Assembly: GCF_963921235.1 (NCBI RefSeq)
Contig: NC_086109.1
Span: 12,214,001-12,278,000, forward strand
Length of the DNA stretch: 64,000 nucleotides
Source of the DNA: Mobula hypostoma
Lineage: Eukaryota
Direction of reading: 5' to 3'
Below the pieces are notes generated by a model that did no database searches, was not told the DNA's origin, and saw only the letters and a program-made list of their open reading frames with translations. Position 1 is the first letter of the stretch, and the number at the start of each line of letters is the position of its first letter. Positions 1 to 11,924 of the stretch are shown in pieces. The translations under genes were made by a program, and so were the position numbers.

Positions 1-824
1 ATTTAAGAGGCAATTTTTATACAGGAAGTGCATTATTATTATTACAAACTTTATTATTAGTTAAATCTGCTCACTGCTAAGTGTATTTTTCAATGTTGGT
101 CTGGATGCAATCTCACCACAGCTCTATGTAGTTGGAACATGATAACCACTCTGTTAATATTTAAATATATGAAAGAAATTGTGATTGAGGAAGGGGTGGT
201 GGGAGTGGAGTGTCAGGGTGGATATTGTACCCTGAGGGGAAAGAGCTTTTTGACATTTGCAGAGATGATCTAGCCTCCAAGAGGACCAAAAACTTGTTAT
301 AGTTTGGAGGCTTGGGTGCCTCAGTGACCCAGAGAGCTATTTTGGCTGGCTTCAAGCATTATGCTTCAGTTCTTGGTCTGGTCACCTTGCCAAACAGGTT
401 AAAGGGTAGAGGCCAGGCCAAGTGTGGTTCACAGATCCTCTAATTTTGGGGTTCAGTTCAGGGCTAAGAACTGTGACAGGTAAAACAACTCTGTTGTGGA
501 AACAGCAGTGAAGAATCATTCTGCATCTGAGTGTGATGGTATTCCTGAGTCTCAACCCAGGATTTGCATGACTAACAGTTGTGAAAACTGAGAGGAAGCT
601 ACTGACGTGATGAAGGAGGCACCGAACACCACCAGAGATGGAGGACCCTCATTGTTGCCCCAGACGCCAGTGGCGTAACAGAGATGATCTAGAGTCAGGC
701 CCTCATTTCCAATTGGTCATACTTACTGATGAAGGGGAGCTGGAAAGTGGGGCGTATGGAAGAAACAGTTCAGAAAAAAAGCTTGACAAAGTAATTAAGT
801 GGATTGATTAAGGCAGAAGAATTA

Positions 825-1644
825 TGCTCAGTGGCCACTTTATTAGGTACACCTCAGCTCATAAATGCAAATAACCAATCAGCCGATCATATGGCAACAT
901 CTCAATGCATAAAAACATGCAGATATGATTAAGAGGTTCAGTGTTGTTCAGACGAATTGAGAAGAAATGTGACATCAGTGATAAACCAAAAAAAATCTAG
1001 TGAACGTCAGTTCTGTGCGCGCAAATGCTTGATAATGAGAGATAATGTGCTGGTTTGACGCCACTCACTGGCAGAAAGCGGTATTGCAGTTAAAAGATTA
1101 TATCACCTTCCTGATTTTTCATTGGCTAAGTATCAGCCCATTACCCACGAGATGTAATTATTTTAATTATGTAGCCTATTAACTGATTTATTGCTGTGGA
1201 AGGAACTTTCCTAATCTTAACTTTAAAAGTAATATATTTTCAGATGTGCCATCTTTTTGTCTTCACATTCGCTGCTGTTCATTTACTTCTTAGGTCTTTA
1301 TTTAGCTTGCTTAGTATTTGTGTGCTTGTTTGTACTTTAAAATAAATGATCATTAGAATTAAGACTGTCCAACATTCCCGATTCCTGGAAGAACCGGAAG
1401 GATCAGTAAATAAATAAAGGCTCAATCGAGGACAATGGCCGGTTTGGTTCGAGCTGACAGAAAGGTGATAGTGACTCAAATAAACATACGTTACGACAGT
1501 GGTGTGCAGAAGAATACCTTTCAATGCACGACATGCCAACACGCATTGTTTTATGCATCAAGTTGCTGTCAGAAGAATGGCTGATTAGATATTTGCATTA
1601 ACAAACAGGTGTACAACTGTACTTAATAAAGTGGCCTCTGAGTG
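825..1644 (+). mobile_element. Non-autonomous Tc1/mariner-like element with a ~380-bp internal insert
   Basis: Inverted termini cagtggccactttatt / aataaagtggcctctgagtg, TA at 823-824 and 1645-1646. The body is homologous to 21940-22440. Confidence 0.75.
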
Positions 1645-1689
1645 TAACTGTTTTGCCTTAAATCGATCCACATAATGACTTTACCAAGC

Positions 1690-1944
1690 TTATTCTGAAT
1701 CCTGGGGAGTGCCAGGAGAGAAAGCTTTCTGTCTGGGCTTTGCAGGTTGGCTTTGAAATTTGATATCTGCATAGGTGGTGTTGTCCTCATCCATAACAGA
1801 GTGTCCTGCTCGTGACTTCCTTTTAAATTTCATGCTTGCATACACAGTTTCATTTTCATTGTTAGCTGATTGGGCAGCTGCCTCATTGTTTCGAACATGG
1901 TGTAGATCTGCATAAACGATGTTTTCTCCCAACGTGGCCGTTTC
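1690..1944 (-). CDS. Gene L terminal exon: cytoplasmic tail with ITIM (IVYADL), ITSM-like (TVYASM) and ITSM (TTYADI)
   Basis: Acceptor ctttatcatttcag, phase 0, 84 codons to TAA at 1690, three spaced tyrosine motifs. Intermediate cytoplasmic exons between 8435 and 1944 could not be resolved. Confidence 0.85.
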   Translation of the reverse strand, partial: ETATLGENIVYADLHHVRNNEAAAQSANNENETVYASMKFKRKSRAGHSVMDEDNTTYADIKFQSQPAKPRQKAFSPGTPQDSE

Positions 1945-4039
1945 CTGAAATGATAAAGAAATTCCATTATCTATTTTATTTCTGATGAATGTGGAAGGTG
2001 AGGGTGTGAAAGGTAACTGGGACAAGGCAGGATAATAGGGTGGGAAGGAAAATAAATCAGTCATGATTGAAGTGCAGAGCAGTCCTGATGGGCCAAATGG
2101 CCTAATTCTGCTCCAATACTTTATGGTCTATGGTCTTGTCCGTGGATTTATTTTTGTTACTTATCTTATGTTTATAGCTTGACTTCTGCTCCCATCTGTA
2201 AGTAGAAACATATTCACTACTCTATAAAACAATTGGATACTCTTGCCAACATCTACCAGATCACCCTCAGTTTTCTGCTTTTTAATAAACCCTAATCCCG
2301 TCATTCAGCTTGTAGAATATAATTTTTCAGAATGTTTGATAACAGTTGATGACTGAGTAGCAGTGATCCTTAGTGAGGACCCGCTACTAAATGTACAACA
2401 ACAGCATGTTGCTTTACGACACCAACACACTAAACTGGTCCAAGGTGTTTCACAGGGGTTCAGCAAGAGAAGAGGTTGAAAATGAAGTTGGGAATTATTT
2501 AGGCAAATTACAATACTTTTATGGTTTACAGTCTAGTTTGTTGTATTAAGTTAATTGATCACATGCGTGTCATTAGGTGCCTCGTGGGTTGGAAGCAGCT
2601 GTTACTCTGCTGTATCTCTAACCAACATAAGTTAAGAGGACAGAATTGCAGGAGTTCATGGAGTTGTCCAGAGGGTGGGATTTGGGCAGCTGAAGCTACT
2701 GATATTAGTGGTGGGATTCCGAGACTGGAGGATGCACAAGAGAACACACAGTTCTCTGAGGGTACAGCTCTGGGAGGGGAAGTGATGCCAACAAGGAAAA
2801 TGTACAGCAGAGCAGAATCCTCCAACAATCTCCACCCTGCAGTTACCTTTGGGAATAAGAAAGGCAAATGATAATATTGAGAAAAGAATTGAAGCTCTTT
2901 TATAATATTGAACCCAATCCTTCAATAAGGAAAAAGTTAAATCAATTAGGACATTAATTATGAAGGTAAGAATAGCAAACAAGCTGAAAATAGTGGAAAA
3001 TATCAGTAAAGAAGATTGTTGATAACAGATTGAAGAGACAATAGAATATTCATACTAGTGTCAGGATTGAGGGGTAGAGTGAGAGAATGGGTGGGTGACA
3101 TCAGCATAGAACAGATATTTACTGCACTACCCAATGAAACCCATGTGAGCAAATTAACCTACTAACTTCTTTGGAATGTGGGAGGAAACTAGAGCACCCA
3201 GAGGAGACCCACGCAGTCACAGGGAGAACATACAAACTACTTACAGTGAGGAGCGGAAGTGAACACAGATCGCTGGCACTGTATAGTCTGACACTAACCG
3301 CTGTGCTACTGTGCCATCACCAATTTATTGTTCTGATTAGACATGTCCTACTTTTTCTGATTTCACATCACAGTTTGAAACTCAGAAGGAATATACCAAA
3401 TGCAAACTGAAGTGCCATTGAACCCAAAGGGAGATTTACACAATTAGATACTCAATCTCTAACAGTAGAGAAAGGACCAATCTCACTCTTCACCATTCAG
3501 TAATGAAAATGAAGCCTGGAGCCACTTTGAAGAATAGTCACATAAAATGTTATAGATACACTTAAGGAAAAGATGGATAAACACCAGAGAAAGCGACAAA
3601 TAACTATCGGGATATGCTGATGGAATTCAATGAGAGTATCTTCGGAGGTTTCTGTAAAATATTGATACTGGAATGGCCTAGTGGGGATGGATGATGTGCA
3701 AGCTCCCCTGTAATCCAATTGTTAAACATGCTGACGCGTTCGGACAATTAATACCTAGAAACATAGAATACCAACAGCCCAATACTGGCCATTCGGCCCA
3801 CAAAGCTATGCAGAATATGTCCTTCCCTCAAATATTACCTAGGGTTACTCATAGCCCTCTATTTTTCTAAGCTCCATATACTTACCCAGGAATCTCTTAA
3901 AAGATCCTATCGTATCTGCCTCCACCACAGTCGCTGGCAGCCCGTTCCATGCACGCAGCACTCCCTGCATAAAAAAACTTACCCCTGACATGTTCTCTTC
4001 ACGTACCTCTCAGCACCTTGTCAGGAACAGATAGAAACA

Positions 4040-4102
4040 CATACATATATATGTATGTGTGTGTGTGTGTGTGTGTGTGTACATATCTCTCTCTCTCTCT
4101 CT
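4040..4102. repeat. Compound microsatellite (TA)n-(GT)n-(CT)n
   Basis: Directly visible. Confidence 0.95.
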
Positions 4103-5254
4103 TTGAGCTACCATGGCACCGAAAAAATCTCAGAACTACAGTCCACGGCAACCCCAGCTGCAACACAATAATGATCCTCCACACAGAGCAAACCTCTGCT
4201 CCGGTTACTGCACAGTATTCAGAAAGGATCATATTGTTTTATACCCCGCCTTCCGTGCTACTGAAAACTGAGTTTTTCCATCTTTGAGCATTGTAATGAA
4301 GGATTTGGATTTGAAATTTTATTTTTCTTTTTATTACTACAAATTCTGTCTGATCTGCTGAGTATTTCCTGTAATGTCTGTGCGTGCTTTCAGATAATAT
4401 TTCTCCTTCACAATATGATGGATCAGATTACCTGACAATATTCACACTGTTCAATGAACATTTCACTGATCTCTCCAGGACTCTGTGGCAGATTGTCCCT
4501 CAGGCGGAAGGAACAAACTGCCCAAAAATAAAAATCACCTTATTATCCAACAGACCATTAAAACCACCTTTTGAATTCAACATTGAGATCAACAATTTCA
4601 TACAGAATCCAAATGTCCTACCCTCAATGAACATGCTGAGCGTTCCTAGCACTTTTTCTGCCTATATCTCAGGTATTGATCATTTAGGGAATTTCTCTTT
4701 GGAAAAGAATGCACTCATTTTGTTCAGATCTTTGCAACAAGCAGTGACTGGGGAATAATACTGTGCTGAAAGCAACTGTCTGGTTTGTTGGGGGAGGGAG
4801 AGAGAGGCCTAGAACTACATCACGGGGAGCAGTTGAATTATTAGTTATAATATTCAGCCAATGAGTTATATTCTGTCAGCCAATGAGTTGAAGGCTGCTG
4901 GGGGTTTATTTTCCAGTGATCAACTCCATTTCCCCATTTGATGATAACACACAGAAGATCATTGTATGCACAGTTCTCTTCACTGGTTACAAAGTCTGTT
5001 TCAGGGACAGAAGATTATTTATTTATTTGGTGATACATTGTGGAGTAGGCTCTTCCGGCCCTTTGACCCACGTCAACTTATTAATCCTGACAAACCTGAT
5101 TAACCTTAACCTAATCATGGGACAATTTGCAATGATCAAATAACATACCTGGTATGTCTTTATACTGTGAGAGAAAACTGGAGCACCCCAGAAAAACCCA
5201 CACATTCGATGGGGAGGACGTGGAGAGTCCTTACAGAATGACAGCAGAATTGAA

Positions 5255-7845
5255 CTCTGAAATCTGCGTGGTGCTCGGACACAGTGGCACTGACAAGCTC
5301 CTGCAGCCTGGACCAGGAACACCTATCGGTGAAGTGTCGTCCCTACTATCTGCCATGGGAATTCACCTTGGTCATACTGACAGTGGTCTACATTCCCCCC
5401 CAGGCGGACGTGGAGTGTGCTCTGAACATACTGTATGCCAACATCAGTGAACTTGACACCAGGTATCCGGAGGCTTTGCTCGTTACAGCAGGGGACTTTA
5501 ACCAGGCCAACCTCCGAAAGGTGCTGGCAAAGTTATGCCAACATGTCTCCTGCGCCACTAGAGGCCCGAATATACTTGACCACTGCTATACAGCAGTCAA
5601 GGATGCCTACCGTTCCGTCCCACGACCTCACTTCAGAAAATCGGACCATCAGGCCGTACTCCTCTTCCCGGCTTACAAACAGAAACTGAAGCGGGAGGTC
5701 ACGGTGTCAAAAGCAGTGTTGCGTTGGACAGAGGAAATGGATGAGGTCCTCCGTGACTGCTTTGAATTGGTGGACTGGTTACTATTCAAAGACTCGGCAG
5801 CTAACTTTGATGAGTATGCCTCAGCTGTCACGGACTTTATTTGGAAATGCACGGAGGACTGTGTGTCTCGCAAGATGATCTGGGTATTCCCTAACCAGAA
5901 ATCTTGGATGAATTATGAGATCAAGTCCCTTTTGAAGGCTAGAGCTGCAGCTTTTAGGTCCGGGGATACCAGTCGCAACACGGAATCCAGGCGTGAACTC
6001 CGGAAAGCCATTAAGGGCGCCAAGAGGCAATATCGAGCCAAGTTGGAAGTCCAGGCTAACCAGAGGGATGCCAGTAGACTATGGCAGGGTCTAAATGAGA
6101 TTACTGGGCATAAAGAAAAGGCTGGGAATATCAATAACTGTGGCGCTTCGCTTCCTGACGAACTTAACGTATTCTACACAAGATTCGAACAGAAGAGAGG
6201 TGTCCCGCTCCCTCCGGATGAACCGGACCTGGTGGCATCGAGATTCATCGTCACCGAGGAGGACGTTAGAAGGGCCTTCCTGAAGATAAATCCATGGAAG
6301 GCGACAGGCCCAGATGGCGTCCCGGGATGGGTTCTCCGGGCCTGTGCAAGCGAGCTAGCTGGAGTGTTTGCTGACCTCTTCAACTGCTCCTTGCTTCAGT
6401 CTAAGATCCCCGCGTGCTTTAAGAAAGCAACGATAATCCCAGTGCCGAAGAAGAGCAAGGTGGCATGCCTGAATGACTATCGACCTGTGGCTCTGACGTC
6501 AATTGCTATGAAGTGCTTCGAGCGATTGGCTATGGCACACATCAACCACAGCCTACCGGTCAACCTCGACGCTTTGCAATTTGCCTACCGGAGCAACAGA
6601 TCAACGGCAGATGCCATCTCTCTGGCCCTACATTCCTCCTTAGAACACCTGGAGAATAAAGACGCATATGTAAGGCTCCTTTTCATTGACTACAACTCTG
6701 CCTTTAATACCATTATTCCAAATAAACTGATTCCTAAGCTCCGGAACCTGGGCCTTAGCACTCAGATCTGCAGCTGGATCTTCAATTTCGTCACAGACAG
6801 GCTGTAAAAATAGGGGACAAGCTCTCCTCTACAATCACTCTGAGCACCAGTGCCCCACAAGGCTGTGTACTCAGCCCCCTGCTGTACTCACTGTACACCC
6901 ATGATTGTGTAGCCAAGTTTCCATCAAATTCAATATATAAGTTTGCTGACGACACAACAATTGTAGGCCGTATCTCGAGTAATGATGAGTTTGAGTACAG
7001 AGAGGAAATTAAGAACCTGGTGACATGGTGCAAAGACAATAACCTTTCCCTCAACGTCAGCAAGATGAAGGAATTGGTTGTTGACTTCAGCAGGAGTAGC
7101 GGACCGCACGACCCAATTTACATCGGTGGTGCGCAAGTGGAACAAGTCAGAAGATTTAAGTTCCTCAGGGTCAATATCACAAATGACCTGACTTGGTCCA
7201 ACCAAGCAATGTCCACTGCCAAGTAGGCCCACCAGCGCCTTTACTTCCTGAGAAAATTGAAGAAATTTGGCCTGTCCCCTAAAACCCTCACTAATTTTTA
7301 TAGATGCACCGTAGAAAGCATTCTTCTTGGGTGTATCACAACCTGATATGGAAGTTGTCCTGTCCAAGACCGGAAGAAGCTGCAGAAGATCGTGAACACG
7401 GCGCAGCACATCACACAAACCAATCTTCCGTCCTTGGACTCACTTTACACCGCACGCTGTCGGAGCAGTGTTGCCAGGATAATCAAGGACACGACCCACC
7501 CAGCCAACACACTTTTCATCCCTCTTCCCTCCAGGAGAAGGCTCAGGAGTTTGAAGACTCGTATGGCCAGGTGTGGAAACAGCTTCTTTCCAACTGTGAT
7601 AAGACTGCTGAGCGGATCCTGACCCGAATCTGGGCTGTAACCTCCAAATATCCGGACCTCCCTCTCGGGTTTTTTTGCACTACCTTACTTCCATTCTTCT
7701 ATTTTCTGTTTATGATTTATAATTTAAATTTTTAATATTTACTATCAATTTGTAATCCAGGGAGCAGGAAGCGCAGAATCAAATATCGCTATGATGCTTA
7801 TACGTTCTAGTATCAATTGTTTGGCGACTATAGAATATAAAGTAT
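5255..7845 (+). mobile_element. Rex1/Babar-type LINE, 5'-truncated, with several stops and frameshifts
   Basis: ORF 5284-6807 (CRPYYLP, VYIPPQA, AGDFNQ, FIDYNSAFNTI); downstream QGCVLSPLLY and FADD read in another frame; 3' tail present. Confidence 0.9.
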
Positions 7846-8434
7846 AACTCCAAAATGCTCAGAGGAGTAATAATGTCACGCTAACTGCTACACTACTGTG
7901 ATGCCCAACTCAGGATCATCTCAATAAAGCGACCCATGACTTAATCTACCACAAGTTTGTACGATGAGAGCATGCAATTTTATTCAGTGATACGCAGTGA
8001 GTGGTAGATTGGTAAAAGATGCACCCTTTGTTTTGAGAATTCCACGAGAGTATGTTTTTACATATATATCGGCCAAATGATTGCATTTAATTGGAGTTTG
8101 TACTGAGGAACAGCTTATTGAATATATTTTCAAATGCAACAGCTAATTCCCCAAAACTGAGTACAACAGGTGACACAATCTAAATCTTTCTTCTACCCAG
8201 CCTCTTGGTTCTCTGCTATTCCACGCTTGGGGTGAGATTCCATTGCCTGATGTTTCGAGAATAATGGAGTCACCATGTTACAGTGGAAACCACACCATTC
8301 ATTCATGTGTTGTAAACCAACACATCAGCACTCTAATCCTGGCTTCTTGTTGACTGCGGCCAAATCAAGTTCATTAAGATTCAGCAGCTAGCTAATATAT
8401 CCATCATGAAATAAAAAGGGAAAACAAAACCTAC

Positions 8435-8525
8435 CCCTGTTTTTCTCTTCAGGTAGCAAAGTAGACAAACGGCAAGTAGTAGGAGAAGAATCCCAACGAC
8501 ACTGATCATAGTTGTGTAAGTGTAT
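8435..8525 (-). CDS. Gene L transmembrane exon, uncharged TM (YTYTTMISVVGILLLLLAVCLLCYLKRKTG)
   Basis: 91 nt, phase 2/0, acceptor tccttttctttaccgcag, donor GGG|gtaggt. Hydrophobic run followed by a KRK stop-transfer; the phase matches the stalk exon. Confidence 0.85.
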
Positions 8526-9229
8526 CTGCGGTAAAGAAAAGGAAAGGGTCAGTCCTGGGTCACCATTTACTCTTGGCCATTTGTAAAGTCTGACATTTAC
8601 ACAGCATTTTTCATGAGCTCAGGTTGTCTGCCGCTCAGAAAATTATCATTAGACACTGTTGACTGTGTAGGAACTTACAACAGTTAATCTGTTCACTCCA
8701 AAGTCTCACAAGTAGAAATGTGATCATGACCAATGATAGAGATGTAGGTTAGAAAATAACTACTATCCAGGCCATTCAGGAATCCTACCATATCCCTTTA
8801 CAAACATTTCATCAGAACTCTTGCATAAAAGAATTGATTGGCGGTTTCTTCTCTGTCAGACACCATTGCTGACCATGTAGACAAACCTGTTCTTGGAACG
8901 GCCCCCATGGTTTTCTTTGTTTCGTGGCTGTCTGGACTCTTGTTTGGCTTGGACGAGTCAGGCTGAAGGGCCTGTTGTTTTAATATATAACAATGACTTT
9001 ATGGCTCAGGACATGAGCTTCAACTTCTATAATTAAATTATGAAATATTTAGTGTAAGAAAATTATCTTTGACATCTGGACAAGAAAATCAGGAATACTC
9101 AGTTTCCAATACACGATTTCATTGAAGTTAATCATGTCAAGCATGTTTATCACGAGTTAAAGAGAAACAAAATTTCTCTCTCAGATGGGTCTGGTTGAAA
9201 CCACCTGTAGAGAGAACCTTGTACTTTAC

Positions 9230-9302
9230 ATTTTATTTGTAGATTCTTTGCTTTGTTCAGTCGTCGTTTCATTCACAGTATTTTCACAGAAATGAATCGG
9301 CC
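9230..9302 (-). CDS. Gene L stalk exon (xPIHFCENTVNETTTEQSKESTNK)
   Basis: 73 nt, phase 1/2, acceptor ctttcaacag, donor AT|gtaaag. A paralogous exon lies at 55646-55721. Confidence 0.82.
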
Positions 9303-11924
9303 CTGTTGAAAGAAAGTAAAATTCAGTTTCTTGCTTTGTACTTGCAAGAACAAGAGAGCACAATTGTTAGACCAATGGGTACCTGATCATGGTGGACCAA
9401 AAGTGATCTATTACCCAATGCGACATATAAAGATTAAAATGAGATTTATTTGCCACATGTACATCAGAACTTACAGTGAAATGCATCAATTGCATCAAAG
9501 ACCAACACAGAATTTGTTCTGGGGGCAGTCTGCAAAGTTCCATGCTTCCGGTGCCAAAGTATCTTACCTACGCATTACTAATACTAACATGTGTGTTTTT
9601 GGAGCATGGGAGGAAACCAGAGCACCTGGAGGAACCCACATAGTAACTGGGAGAACATGTGTGTAAAATGTATGTCCAGCATTTTGCGTTTGCACTTGTG
9701 ACAGATATGTCATTCTCAGAAGCCGCCATAAAATCCTGGCAACAATTTTCTACGCATATAATTTCTCTAATTTTCTTGCTGGTGGGAGAGTTTCTACCCC
9801 TCCAGTGAGCACTCAGATACTTGAATAAAGCTCTTCATTTCTGAAAGATCTGTTCAAACTGCACAGTGAAATACACTTATGTACAAGAAAAAAATGATGA
9901 TCAATATTCTCCTAGAATTGTCCCCATTCAGGACCCTGCAGACTATGAAACATCCCTTTCAACATGAACTCCATCATCCCTCAGGGAATATTTCATGCAT
10001 TAAAGTGATCCCCTCTGAAGCTTTAGATGATCAAACACAACACTCAAAACCTATCTGTGAATCAATTAGATCCAAGGAAATGTGTCATGTTCTGCAATAG
10101 CAGCAAAGCTGAGTATTTGAAGTAGTTTAGAATTCAGAACAAAACAAAGTAATCAATTAAAACATTGAAAACATGGAACGTGAGCAAGTTTGTAGGGAAC
10201 ATATGTACCTACATGAAAACTTAAATAGGCATGTGAAGAGAAGATTAATTAAAATATAGGATATCTATCAGACAGAAATGGGGGAATTTATAATGGGCAC
10301 AAAGAAACACAAGGCCAATCCAATACCTTGGTTTTGTCTTTTGTCCTCTTCACCACATTTCCTGATACCAATGTCAGGCTAATTGCTCTATCATTCCCTC
10401 TTTTCTCTGTTCATACTTTTTAAAATAGAGTGGTTAACTTCTCTCCAATCCATTGGGGAGAAATGGCCAGCAACACATCTATATTTTACTCGTGCCAATT
10501 CCTTATGTTCTCTGGGACATAGAGTATCAGAACCTGGCGATTTATTGGTTTTCAATCACATCAATTTTCCATCACCATTCCTCTATTACTGGTGATTGCC
10601 TACTTTCTGCCTTGCAATAAACCATATGATCTCCAGAAATCAGTTTGCTGATCCTTTGCTTGCCTCCTTCCATAACAATAAAATCTTTCATCAGACCAAA
10701 TCTGCACACCATATCAGTGGCTCGAGAGCAAGGAACAAGTCAAAGTCTGGTCGATTTAACCTTCGGTCCAGAATGGAAAGTTCTCGTACGAGCTGAATTG
10801 GGGCAGCAGGACCCAGGCATGAGAGTGTATTGAGAGGTAGAGACTGGGTCCGAGAACAAGGAATGACCTGCTGTTTGGCCGAATTCAGCATCTGGACAGA
10901 TTGAAAAGGTCAGGGTGTCAGGGCTGGACAAGAGGGATATTCTGATCTGGGGCTAACTGCTCTGCAAGGTTTACTCATCTCTGTGCCCTAACTGAGGCTG
11001 TGGCCTGCAACTAACAGGTCCTCGACCAGCTGTGACTGGCTTCATGGCTGTGGACTCACTTTCATAAACTTCAGCCCTGAATGATATTTGCGTACTCTTA
11101 CTATTTGCAAGATACAACTGCTTTGCATTTATGACTCATTACAGTATGAGCAAATATGGGTAAAAGTCTACAAGGAGACCTGCCATGAGAAAACAGCACC
11201 AATCATCGAGGACTGCTGCAATCCTGGCCATGTTTCCTCTCACTGCTGCCATTGAGAAGGAGGTCTCGCACCACCAGGTTGAGAAACAGTTATTATCCTT
11301 CAACAATCAGGCTCCTGAACCAATGCGCTAACTTTGCTCAATTCAACACTGTACTGATTCCACAACCAATGGACTCGTTATCCAGGACTCTGCAACTTAT
11401 GTTCTCAATATTATTTATTTATTTGCTTGTTAGTAATTTCTTTCATTTGTATTTGTACAGTTTGTCTTCTTTTGTACATTGGTTGTTTGTCCATCTTTGA
11501 TGTGTGTAGTTTTTAATTGATTCTGTCTTATTTATTTGTATCTACTGCAAAAGTTCCTACTGTGAATGTCTTCAGGAAAATGGATCTCAGGGTAGTACAT
11601 GGTGATATATACACATAATTTAAATTTACTTTGAGCTTTGAAGTGGGTTACCTTACAAGTACTATCTTAATTAATGACGTAAATATTACCAGACGAGACA
11701 CATTCACACCCAGCCAACGAGAGCAGATCAGAGGCACGAGATTCTGTGCTGAGAGGCTTACGTTTGGACTGCTGTGCCAAAAGGCGTTTCATTCTCTGAA
11801 AGGTGGTGACAACAGACACTCCATGCTCCTGAGTGAAGTTCCAACAACACAATATCCAGCACAAATCAGTCATTCAGTTGTACTCCATTGGCCATCAGAA
11901 AGAATCAAACCGTGCACCACTTAC

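Noticed and set aside
2521-2982. Overlapping ORFs of 102-116 aa as additional cytoplasmic or TM exons of gene L
   Set aside because: Splice sites are ambiguous, no recognisable motif, and no paralogous copy supports them.
4432-4517. Possible intermediate cytoplasmic exon with donor CAG|gtaatc
   Set aside because: Open only from phase 1, whereas the TM donor is phase 0, and I could not find a bridging exon; left unresolved.
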